From NCBI RefSeq assembly GCF_009914755.1, contig NC_060948.1: 64,000 nucleotides of DNA. One strand, written 5' to 3'. The notes beneath the pieces are model-generated. The model ran no database searches. It was not told where the DNA came from and saw only the letters and a program-made list of their open reading frames with translations. Each line of letters opens with the position of its first letter. Within the stretch, counting starts at the first letter, position 1. A program made the position numbers and the translations under genes. Below, one piece after another: positions 1 to 21,823 of this stretch. Origin of the DNA: the human T2T-CHM13v2.0 reference genome, Homo sapiens.

Positions 1-450
1 GTGGTCAAAGGGGCTGTCAGGTGCAAGGGTCTCAATAGTTGAATTTATTATCTCCATATTCTTTGTGTCGGAGAGAGTTGAAGCTGCCTTTCTCCTAACG
101 TTCTTGCTGGCAGCAAATAACTTGCAGTTTTTGGACCTGTGGTGTTTATCAGTCACTGGAGTTTTAGGAGAGTTCTTAGAATAGTTTGCTTTTGTAGATC
201 TGGAAGTTCTTCTTCTGGCATTGTTTGAAAAAATTCTACTGGTTGTAGTCCATGTCAGTTTTTTCTGTTTTTCAGTCTGTCGTCTATTAAAATCATGTAC
301 ACATTTTTCACAGTTCATGAGGTGCTGCTCTGGTTCCCAAGTGTCATCCTGTTTGTCATAACCTTTCCACCGAACCAAATACTGTGTATTCCCATTTTTA
401 TCCTGTCTTTTGTCAACAATAGCTTCAACCTCAAACTCCTGGGAAGCCAT
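1..450 (-). CDS. CDY2B: Chromodomain Y-linked protein, CDY2-type; N-terminal 150 codons, ORF runs off the left edge
   Basis: Reverse complement from ATG (448-450) reads without stops: [58 protein letters not shown]...[24 protein letters not shown]...PDSPFDH. It is intronless. KNCK/ASTL match my recollection of CDY2 (CDY1: KNRK/ASIL). CDY2A and CDY2B cannot be told apart here; 2B is assumed from the minus orientation. Confidence 0.9.
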   Translation of the reverse strand, partial: MASQEFEVEAIVDKRQDKNGNTQYLVRWKGYDKQDDTWEPEQHLMNCEKCVHDFNRRQTEKQKKLTWTTTSRIFSNNARRRTSRSTKANYSKNSPKTPVTDKHHRSKNCKLFAASKNVRRKAASTLSDTKNMEIINSTIETLAPDSPFDH

Positions 451-780
451 GAGGAAAGACACGGGATTGGAACAGTTGCTGTGCCACCTTTGTTTCAGTT
501 GCGTCTCCACATAGACACTTCTTTCTGCCTCCAGCTCTTCACCAGGTTCTGTGTATGGATGAACCTCTTCTATTTGGTCACCACTGGTGTAGTGAAAATT
601 GTGCGAAATAGCAGCTATGCCATGTGCCTGAACCTCTCCACACTTACTGCCTGGTGGGACAGCTTGGGCTTTGTCTCATGGTGCATGACAGCTTGCTCAG
701 TAGCCTCAGGTGAGAGTAGCTAAATCCACAGCCCCAACCCTCTGGTGTAGTACAGAAAGCTTTCTTCCTGCCTGTTACTC
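451..780 (-). promoter_or_regulatory. CDY 5' UTR / transcription start region with upstream ATGs
   Basis: Non-repeat sequence directly upstream of the CDY ATG, paralogous to 4264-4595. Contains a 23-aa uORF (686-615). The TSS position is inferred, not visible. Confidence 0.6.
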
Positions 781-789
781 TTTTGTGTT

Positions 790-2030
790 TCTTTGTTTAA
801 TTGTGGTTGCTATGACGATTATATGGAACATTCTAATGTTATAACATTTTTAAAGTTACACTAGCTTACCTTCAGTAACATACAAAGCCTTTACTCCTGT
901 ATAATGTACCTCCATTATTTCACTTACTGAGTTCTCAAAATTATACCTTTATTGATTTTATGTCAAAAACACAAATTAGTGGTAGTTTTTTTATTAAATA
1001 TATTTGTGTTTTAAGTTGTGTGGAGAACAAATTGTGGAGGTGCACATTGTTAATTGTTCGTTTTGTTTTGTTTTGTTTTGTTCTGTTTTGTTTTGTTTTG
1101 AGATGGAGTCTCGCCCTGTCAACGAGGCTGGAGTGCAGTGGTGCGATCTTGGCTCACTACAAGCTCCGCCTCCCGGATTCACGCCATTCTCCTGTCTCAG
1201 CCTCCCGAGTAGCTGAGACTACAGGCACCTGCCACCTGGCCCGGCGAATTTTTTTTTGTATTTTTAGTAGAGACGGGGTTTCACCGTGTTAGCCAGGAGT
1301 GTCTCGATCTCCTGACCTCGTGATCCACGCACCTCAGCCTCCCAAAATGCTGGGATTACAGGCGTGAGCCACTGCGCCCGGCCAAATTTTTTATCTTACA
1401 TATTTGTTCATGTATTTATCTTTACCTTAATCTTTGCTTGTTCATACTGCTTTTGAGTGTCTGTCCATTCTACCCTGAAGTACTCCATAAGACATTTCTT
1501 AAAGGGTAGTCTACTTGTAAAAGGTGCCAGTTTGTATATGGGAATGTCATAATTTGTCCCTCACCTTTGATGGACAGTTTGGTGGATCATAATGTTTAGG
1601 CTTGACAGTTTTTTCTGACATCACTTGCAATATATTAGGCTACTGCTTTCCATCGTTTTAGTTTTCAGATAAGAAATCTACTGCTTTTCAGTGGTTATTC
1701 AGATAAGCGATCCACTGGTTATTTTTAGGGTCCCTTTTACATGACTAGCTACTTCCCCTGCTTCCCTTGAAAATCCTCAAGATTCTCTTTGTATTTATTT
1801 TAGACAGTTTAATTATCAGGTAAGTTTGAGTTTGTTTCTTTGAGTTTTTGTTACTTGGAGTCTGTTGAGCTCCTTGGGTGCTTACTTATTGTCTTAAATT
1901 GTTGCATTCTTTATGACTATGTTGTTAAATAGTATCCATGATTTTTTGTCTCTTCCTTGGAACTTCCAAAATGCGTATGTATGGCTGCTTGATGGTGTCC
2001 CTCAGGTTTCTAGGCTGTATAAATCTGCCT
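790..2030 (-). mobile_element. Old L1M-type LINE fragment, interrupted by an AluY
   Basis: T-rich degenerate L1-like sequence, paralogous to 4600-5420 and, inverted, to ~54950-55510. Confidence 0.6.
1060..1383 (-). mobile_element. AluY with (TTTTG)n tail
   Basis: gagatggagtctcgc...aagctccgcctcccggattcacgccattct...gcgcccggcc. Absent from the paralogous segment at ~4860. Confidence 0.95.
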
Positions 2031-2207
2031 TGCCCCTTTTCAGACTCCATTGGTGACCACTATATGGTTGACTGACCCCAAGGGTGTGTATCACAGTGTG
2101 GGGACAGTGTGTCAGTTGGTCTCGCAAGGCTGATGCGTCCCAGAGCTCAATTCCCAGACTTCAATCATTGCAGTCTCATTAGTGCACTACGATCTAGAAA
2201 TCTCTAA

Positions 2208-2600
2208 TTGTGAGGTATCACACAGAGTTCTTTGTCTCATGGCCAAGAAAATTCAGGAGGATGGATGCAAAAAGGTTGAATCAAAACTTTTATAAGTGAA
2301 AGTAAAAAACTCTTCACAGTGAGGGGTGAAATGTGAGTGGTTTACCTACTATGAGGCTGTGCTTTACGGTTTCTAAGGGCAGAGAAGTAAAGAAATGTGC
2401 TTAGTGTTCTTGGAGTAGGCGTTATTTGGCTTGGCCCTGAAACTTGGCCTTGGATTCATCTGGAGCTGAAGTGATGATTTGTAGAAGCTACAAGGCTCAG
2501 CCTTGGAACTTGGCCCTGGACCAAGAAGGAGCTGAAGTGACAGCTTGGCCTGAGACCTTGGCCTGGGATCAATCAAGGGATGAAGTAATGTCTCATGGCC
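2208..2600 (-). mobile_element. ERV1-class LTR fragment (MER51-like)
   Basis: gagttctttgtctcatggccaagaaaattc start and three imperfect 'cttggccctg...gctgaagtga' units. Family assignment is from memory. Confidence 0.45.
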
Positions 2601-2649
2601 ACAATAATTAAGGAGGCTGGATGATGCAAAGTTCAAGTAGGAACTAAAG

Positions 2650-4263
2650 TAACACAACAGCCATCTGGACTCTGTCCAGATGTCATATAAGGGGTTTGAA
2701 ACCAAGGCTTTTCATTAGCTCAGAAGAAATCACAAAGAGGCAGTGTGGATGCACCTATTCCAAAGGATGGGCCACTGACTGATACAAAAACAGGCTTTTA
2801 AAATTGATTGAAAGTATTCACAAAGTTCTTGATGGTGTTCACCATCTCAAGGCTTGTTCTGTTTCTGTCCTTCCTTAAATACTTCAGAAAGTACCCCAAA
2901 TCGAGACCACAGCAAAAGACACTTCCAGCTGCACTGAACAGCACAAGCTTGCTGCCACCCACAGCAGCCCTATTCAGAGCATTAACCATTGCTTTAATTA
3001 CTTCTATATTCAGTACATTTTTTATGTTGATCTAGTTTATAGGCACATCTGGGTGAATCTGTCCTCTTTCTTCACTGCAATATCTCTGTATGTGCTGGCA
3101 CTTTCTGCTAGGCCTATGATGAGGTACATCTTCTGGATAAAAAGCTGGTCTCTGCCACCGTCAGTAACATTTCTTTGCCCAACTTTCACTCTTGCAACTA
3201 ATGTATGCACATCTGTTTTTCCATTGGCTGCCGATTGGCCCATTAATACCCCTATACCTTTTTTGGTAGCTGAGTCTGCAGCCATGGAAGCCGTAACTGA
3301 GCCAGACCTCTGAGAAAATAGTGGTTGAATCTGGGTCTTGCTCTCTATTCCACAATGTCCTGCCCTGGGATCTGATAAAGCCCTGATGATCTTCCCTTCC
3401 TCCTCCTTGAAGACCACTGTATCCTGCTGATCTGCTGCAATAGGGTCCAGATTCTAGAGTTCCTGAATGCCACTCACTGTGTTCTTGTTGTTAAAAGGGT
3501 TGTAAGGGGCAAGTGTCTTTCTTGATAGTTGAACACAGTAGCTCCATATTCTTTGGGTCGGACAGAGGTGACCCTGGATTACTGCTAACATTCTGGCTGG
3601 CAGAACATAACTGGCTGCTTTTGAATTTGTGGTGTTGGCCAGACACTAGCGTTTTAGGAGTATTCTTAGAAAAGTTGGGCTTGGTAGATGTAGAAGTTCA
3701 TCTTCTGGTATTGTTTGAAAAAGTTCTAGTTGTTCTGGTCCATGCCACTTTTTTACTTTTTCTGTTTTTCAGTCTGTCATCTGTTAAAGTAATATATATA
3801 TTTTTGACCGGTGCTGCTCTGGTTCCCAAGTGTCATACCGTTTCTTCTTAACCTTTGCAACACCAAAAATTTTTGTTGTTGTTGTTGTTTTGTTTTGTTT
3901 TTTTTTTTAGACAAAGTCTTGAGCTATCACCCAGGCAGGAGTACAGTGGCACAATTGCACAATCTCGGCTCACTGCAACCTCCACCTCCTGGGTTCATGC
4001 GATTCTCCTGCCTCAGCCTCCCGGGTAGCTGAGATTACAGGGGCCTGCCACCACGCCTGGCTAACTTTATGATTTTTAGTAGAAAGAGGTTTTCACTGTA
4101 TTAGCCAGAATGGTCTCCATCTCCTGAACTCGTAATCTGCCCGCCTCAGCCTTGCAAAGTGCTGGGATTACAGGCATGAGCCACTGTGCCTGGCCTCTGT
4201 CTTTCCATTTTTGTCTCATCTTTTGTCAACAATAGTTTCAACCTCAAACTCCTGGAAAGCCAG
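2650..4263 (-). pseudogene. CDY pseudogene (position suggests CDY6P or its palindrome twin)
   Basis: Fragments LAFQEFEVETIVDKR*, VFKEEEGK..SGSVTASMA.., MVNALNRAAVGGSKLVLFSAAGSVFCCGLD (crotonase-like domain) and AWFQTPYMTSGQSPDGC. Start codon is CTG (4263-4261), TGA at codon 16, Alu in the chromodomain, frameshifts, 3' truncated near 2650. Confidence 0.93.
3870..4196 (-). mobile_element. AluS-type element inserted in the CDY pseudogene chromodomain
   Basis: Full dimeric Alu with T-rich tail, separating NGKTE from the ..KG..TWEPEQH codons. Confidence 0.93.
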
Positions 4264-5560
4264 GAAGAAAGACACAGGATTGGAGCCATTGCTGTGCCAA
4301 ATTTTTTCCATTTGCGTCTCCACATAGCCACTTCTTTCTGCCTCCAGTTCTTTACCAGGTTCTGCGTATGGATGAGCCTATTCTATTTCATCACCACTGA
4401 CGTAGTGAAAATTGTTTGAAATAGCAGCTATGCTATGGGCTTTAGGCTCTCCACAATTATGCCCTGGTGGGACAGCTTGGGCTTTGTCTCATGGTGCATG
4501 ATAGCTGGCTTAGTAGCCTCAAGTGAGAGTAGCTAAATCCACATCTCTTACTCTCTGGTGTAGTACAGAAAGCTTTCTACCTGTCTGTTACTCTTTTTCT
4601 TTTTTAATTGTCATTGATACTGTGATTACATTGAATATTCTAAAGGTATTCCACTTTTAAAGTTATACTAGCTGACTTTCAATAACACACAAATCCCTTA
4701 ACCCTGTATAACTGCACCCCCATGATTTCCTTATTGAGTTCTCAAAATCATACCTTTATGCACTGTATGTCAAAAACGCAAGTTAGTGATAGTATTTTTA
4801 TTAAATATATTTGTGTTTTAAATTGCATGGGAAACACATTGTGGAGGTGTACACTGATATTCTTTATGTTTTATAATAGCTTATATATTTATCTTTACCT
4901 TAATATATATCCATTCATACTGCTCCTTATTATCTGTTCATTTTACCGTGAAGTATCCCATAAGGCATTTTTTAAAAAGATAGTCTACTGGTAAAATGTC
5001 CCAGCTTTTATCTGGAAATGTCATAATTTCTCCCTCACTTATAAGGGACAATGTTTTGAACATAAGATATCTGTTCAAAAGTTTTTTCTCACATCATTTG
5101 GAATATGTTAATCTATTGCTTTCTGTCCTCTGAGTTTTCAGATAAGATATCTGCTGATTATTTTTGAGGGTTACTAGCCAGTAACATAACTAGCCACTTC
5201 TTTTGTTGCTTTCAGGATTTTCTCTGTCTTTCTTTTGAAGAGTTTAATTATCATATAATTTGAGTTTGTTTATTTGAGTTTCTCTTACTTGGAGTTTGTT
5301 GCCTTTGACATTCTTTAACATTATTGTTTCTAAATAGTCTTCCTGATTCTTTTTCTCATCCTTTGAACTTCCAGTATGCGTAATATGGCTGCTTGATAGT
5401 GTTCCATGGCATTTTAGGCTTTATTCCCATTGCTTTATACTTTTTCTATCATGTCCTAACTTAATTATGTCAACACCCTTTCTTTGGTTTGCTGATAGTT
5501 TGTTCTTCCCCCAGCTCAAGTCTGCTTTTAAATATCTGTAGTGAATATTTTTTTCTTTTT

Positions 5561-6020
5561 ATCCCTAGATTTTTTTAGGTTTCAAAATAATTTTACTTTT
5601 TTATTAATTTTTGTTCATATTTTTTTTGTAGTTCTTTTGTTTCTTCTATTAGCTTATTCTGAAACTTAATTTTAAATATTATGTTTCTGTAAGACCACCA
5701 TTTGGGCTGTCTAAAAAAAGTTTCAGACCATAATTTTTTTTTACTTCTTAAAATGAGCCATACTTCTCTGCTTCGCTGTGTGGTTTATCTCTAGACTTTT
5801 TTAGGTTTTAAAATAATTTTACTCTTTTGATTAATAATTTTTGTCCGTAAGTGTTTGTGCTTCTTTTGTTCATTCTATTAGCTTATTATGTAGCTAATTT
5901 TAAATATTATATTTTAGTAAGGCTGCCATTTGGGCTGTCAAAAAAAGCTTATTTTTTCATAATTATTTTGTAGTTGTTATTAAAATGAGCCATACTTGTC
6001 TATTTCACTCTGTGGTTTGT
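5561..6020. repeat. ~225-bp tandem duplication (two diverged copies)
   Basis: atccctagatttttttaggtttcaaaataatttt...aaatgagccatactt...gtggttt recurs from 5787 as atctctagacttttttaggttttaaaataatttt...aaatgagccatactt...gtggttt. Confidence 0.85.
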
Positions 6021-6230
6021 GATTTTGCTGGTGCTGAAAAAGAGCATTTAAATTTTAAAGTGCTGTGACTTTGAAAATAAGATTTTCTACTTCTATGGTT
6101 TGGTAGAGTTTTGTTTACTCATTATATAGGCTCTTTCTCTCCTGTAAATCAGCTGTACTGAGCTTCGTCTTGGGTCTCTTTTGAGGCACATTGTTTTGAG
6201 GCACATATCGTTAAAACCACAATTCATTAC

Positions 6231-6237
<7 letters not shown>

Positions 6238-6273
<36 letters not shown>
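6238..6273. repeat. (TG)n microsatellite, ~17-18 units
   Basis: Read directly. Confidence 0.95.
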
Positions 6274-6275
<2 letters not shown>

Positions 6276-9200
6276 ATTAATTTTGAATGTTTTAGTCTAC
6301 AAATGTCTTAAGAGAAAAAGAAGAACAATCAGGAAAAAATATTTTCACTTTTTAAATCTATTGAAAGTTGGTTGCACAGAGGGACAAAGAGCCTGCATAA
6401 TATTTGGGGAATATAATAATGACTATTCACCTCTGTCGGGACCTCCATAAGCAGAAGCAGCAATCGGCAAATGAGTCCTCCTGAGATTTGGAGGACAGGG
6501 TCCTTTTTGTTTGCCATGGCTCTTGTAAGCTGCTCCAGAAATATTTGCAAGGCAGCATCCCACAGTGGTGGTTATTAAAGAATAAGTAGCTGCTGTTGAT
6601 CTGTGCTACAAAATTGATAAAATTTAATTTTTATTTACTTTACAAATCTTTTTTTGGAAGCTGTAAACCTTCAGGTAGACTCGGAATTCTATAGTAATTG
6701 CATCATAGTAATCCTGCCACTGCACCCATTGTATAGTTGAAGGGACAGATATACAGTGATCCCTTGTACATTGCAGAACTTTCCCAGAATCTAGTATTAT
6801 TTTACTTCGACCTATTTGTCTTTGCACCTGAAGTATGCCTTGCATAGAAGTCACAAAAGTGACTCCTTCGTTTAAGGGTACACTTGCAACAATGTGTGCC
6901 TTTTTAAGCAAGAGCTCACATTTACAGTTCTTACAAGTAAAATATTACATACTCTGACATGGACTTACATGTTTTCCATATGCGCTTTCTCTTGCTTGAT
7001 CCTCAATTTCTTTTTTGCTCATTTAAAAAATCTGGATAATTTTTAAAAACTGCTGTTGTATTTTTCATATTACAATTTGATGTACTTGGGATTTCAATTA
7101 TTATTGAAAACTTAAAATAGCCTACTATGAAGAATACTAACTTGTGTGAATAATTTAATGTTTAAGGTCAGCAGTATAAAAATATGCTGCTCTTGTAGTT
7201 TTCCATCCTTCTCAATTTATATTACTTTCTCTGATTTTATCTGTGCACACAGTATTTTTTGTACTCAGCAACTTAAATGTTTGTGACCAATTCCTGGCAT
7301 TTCCGACCGAGAGTGACTTCTGAGTTAGGCAAAGGAGAAATAAATGTTTATTTTATCAAATTTTCATATATCCTCTAGAAAGACTGGGAAAAAAAAACAC
7401 AATAATTTAGCACATAAGGGTTTCTTTGCTTTTATGAGAAGCAGGAATCAGGTCCTCATTTTGACAATGGGGATTTCAATTCTGTAGGCTTCATCTGTGC
7501 CTAGGAGGTGATATGAAAATCCTTAAAGAAAAAAAAACTTCACCATTTTATAATTGTCTTTCTGGATTAAATGTTTACTTGGTTTATATAAACTATTGAT
7601 TTTCAGGGTCCAGACTGTTTTTGATGGTTTGAAACTTTTTTTTTTTTTTTTGGAATGGTTTGAAACTGCCATCCCTGCCGTTTTACTTTTATTTTTATCT
7701 GCGAAGCACTGAGTGTTTTCTAATTTCAGAGTTTATTGTTATTTATGAGGTTTATGTTTTGTCTCTTGTTTAAAACACTTAAAGTGAATGTTACATTTCC
7801 AATTTGCAATCCCCGGTGTTAGGTTTTTGTTTTAGTGGTCATTTTATAAAGTTTTTGTTTTTTTATTAAGTGAAATTATCAATTTTGTATAAAATGTATG
7901 AGGTAAGATTCTCTGTTATAAAGTACATTTTGGTTTTTGTAAAACAAACATACAATAAGTGGCTTACAAAGTGACTTTCAAATAATTGTCTAAAGAAAAT
8001 AATAAGAAAATAATGTAAGCATGCAGCAAGATCAATAAGTACAATGATTCCTGGTGGAAGGCTGTATAAATTGTTTTTAAAAAGCCAGCTCCCTGTGGCT
8101 GCAGCAGGCTGTAGAAGGGGGAAAATTATAGAGGATGAGCTCATAGAGGTAACAGACAGTCCATGTGATTTTCTAGGGTTTTTATAGGTCTTCAGATTTT
8201 ACTTTAGACTTCACCCTAACCCTGGTTTGTGACTCAAAGTAGAATTGGTAAGGTTGTTACTAGCATCTATTGCTGAGAGGTTAGAAATGCTGCTAAATAT
8301 CCTAAAATCTTGAGTCTCAGGCACCTTTGAGAAGTTAACAGTGTTGAAATATCTCTCGAGAAAATTATTTTTAAAAGCTCACATTTAGAACTCTTTGATG
8401 TTATATTTTGAAGATTTCTTAACTCCAAGTTTGGTTTCCGTATAGCAGAAGGATTTGAAAAAGTGTACATAAGTTCCATTGATTCAACTTAGGGTAAACA
8501 TTAGTAAAGTAAGGTCAGTTCAGTTAATCAATGATTAGAAACTAAATGATATATTTCTTATTTCTCTGCTTTTCCTTCCAATTGCTTTTTCAATATTTTT
8601 GTAAAACATGAGTGTGAAAAAATAAAACCCTAGTCAGCCTCTGTTTTGGAGGTACCAAGGGAGAAATCTCAATGAATGGTATTTGGGATGGAGCTAATCT
8701 TTCATACAGTTGAAAGGCATAAATAATACACGTGCATACAGGTGCATTGGCACACTATATTATGGATACACATTGTGCGTTCAGAAAGCACAATGTGTAT
8801 CCATAATACAGTCATGAATGATCCTAGTCATAATATAGTCATGAATGATCCTGGGATATTACAATAAGCAAGTCAAATGGAAACAAAGTTTGCAAGGATT
8901 ATAGCTGGGGTTATAGGATTTTCAATTTTGCTAAAGTTGTTTAGTAGAACCAATATTCAAGTATCTCCTACTTTTAAAAAAATTATTTGATAGAAGTTTG
9001 CATAGTGGACAGCTTTGATCAGAATTATTAGTTCTTTGCCAACGTAATAAAAGTATGCATTCACAAAAAATGCATATTAGACAATAAGAGAAAATAAAAA
9101 TCAATGAATGAGGAAACTGATGTAATAGGAACAATTTCTGAAAATGTTAAGATAAATCCAAAAGGAGGTGAATTTCTACAGTGGAAAATCTTTCTCATTT

Positions 9201-10171
9201 CAATCAAAAATTTGTTTCAGAACATTAGCAAGTAGCAGCAACATGGTAATTATCCAGATTTACACCGTTTCCTTAGTTCCTACTTAGCGCCTGAGATGTA
9301 GGCTCTGTTGCTGATGCTAGGGCCTTCTCCATGAGGCAGAACTCCTACCCATATAGGGCTTGCTTTTTCTCCAAGGTTAATAAAATGCCATTGAACACCT
9401 AAAAGGAAACGGCAAGTTTATTTTTTTTTTTGCTTAATATACTAAGGGAGAGCTCTGCTGTTTAGACACATTCTTGGAACAATGCAGAGATTGTGAAATT
9501 GAGGCATTAACAGACATTAAGTTGTGCACAGAAGCTGGCATTATTTGTAGAAACAAAGTTGTTCAGCTAAAATTTGTAGTGAAAGAGGAATATTTATTGA
9601 AATCTGTGACTGACCTGATTTTTCAAAGTGCTGGCACTGTTTTATTATTATTAGTGTTACTATCACTATTATTACCTGTAACAGCTTTTTCACTAAGGAA
9701 GTTAAGCTTTATAGATCACTTAAATTTAAACCTGAATTTGATGGGTACATTTTACAATGATTGCAGAACCACTATTTACTAAATATTTCTGAAAGTCTAA
9801 ATTGTCATTCTCTAAGAAGACATAATACACCTTTGTTTTTAAAGAAATGAAGAGTATTTACTAATTGGTAACCGTTTGTTAAATAATTACTCTGATATAT
9901 GTTCAAGAGCCTTGTAAGTAAGTAAATAGGAAAATAAGTACTTTAAAGGTTTTTTTTTTTTTTTTTTTTTTAACATAGATGCATATGGACCACTGAAGCA
10001 CATACGCACATGTGTATTGTGTATATATGTCAGGATTTTTTTTATGGAATTAGTTTATGGCATCACCATCAAACAAGCTGACTTATTAAAAGAAGGTTTA
10101 TAGTTTTAATATTTATTCAAATAATGTTTTTTGATTGTATCCTAGGGATAGTGATCAGCTCAAAACCTGAA

Positions 10172-21340
<11,169 letters not shown>

Positions 21341-21454
21341 AAGCTTTTTGAAAATACTTACAAACTCTTTTATTTTCCATCCCTTTATATATTTTTATAT
21401 ATGCATGTATATGTGTGAGTGTGTGTGTGTGCCTGTGTATATGTATATATAAAT

Positions 21455-21823
21455 ATTTAGGGGAGGTTATAAGTACTTACGTACATGATCACAATAGGCT
21501 GCCTGCAAGCTGAGGAACAAGGAGAGCAAGTCTGAGTCCCAAACCTGGAAGAACTTGGAGTCCACTGTCTGAGAGAAAAAGTATCCAGTATAGAAGAAAG
21601 ATGTATGCTTTGGAAGCTAGTCCCATCTCGCTTTTTGACATGTTTCTGTCTGCTTGATGTTCGCTAGAAGCTCATGAGATTGTGCCCATCAGATTAATGT
21701 AGATCTTCCCATTGACTCAAATGTTAATTTTTGGGGGGGGGGAACCACCCAAGAAACTCATCCACGATTAATACTCTGTATCCCTCAATCCAATGAATGA
21801 GACACTCAGTGTTAACCATCACA
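21455..21823 (-). mobile_element. MLT2B-type 3' LTR of HERV-L
   Basis: Reverse complement begins tgtgatggttaacactgagtgtc, directly after the polypurine tract aaggggtggact. Confidence 0.85.

Larger units (their letters stand above)
4600..7540 (-). mobile_element. Old L1M-type LINE (5'/ORF1 region), left arm copy
   Basis: Degenerate L1 sequence with an inverted paralog at ~51560-55510 (ORF 6329-6550 LQISGGL vs ORF 53043-53282 LQISGGL). Confidence 0.6.

Noticed and set aside
295-723. 142-aa plus-strand ORF, and its paralog at 4186-4419
   Set aside because: Antisense shadow of the CDY coding sequence and leader; no independent coding signal.
2634-2646. 13-mer ttagttcctactt shared (inverted) with ~9273-9285, both near homology breakpoints
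   Set aside because: A single 13-mer with no extension, compatible with chance.
9220-9640. Possible further USP9Y exon relic (ggcattatttgtagaaacaaagttg resembles the DILFVRTSY exon) and a 102-aa ORF
   Set aside because: Similarity is too short and weak to support by eye; needs TBLASTN.
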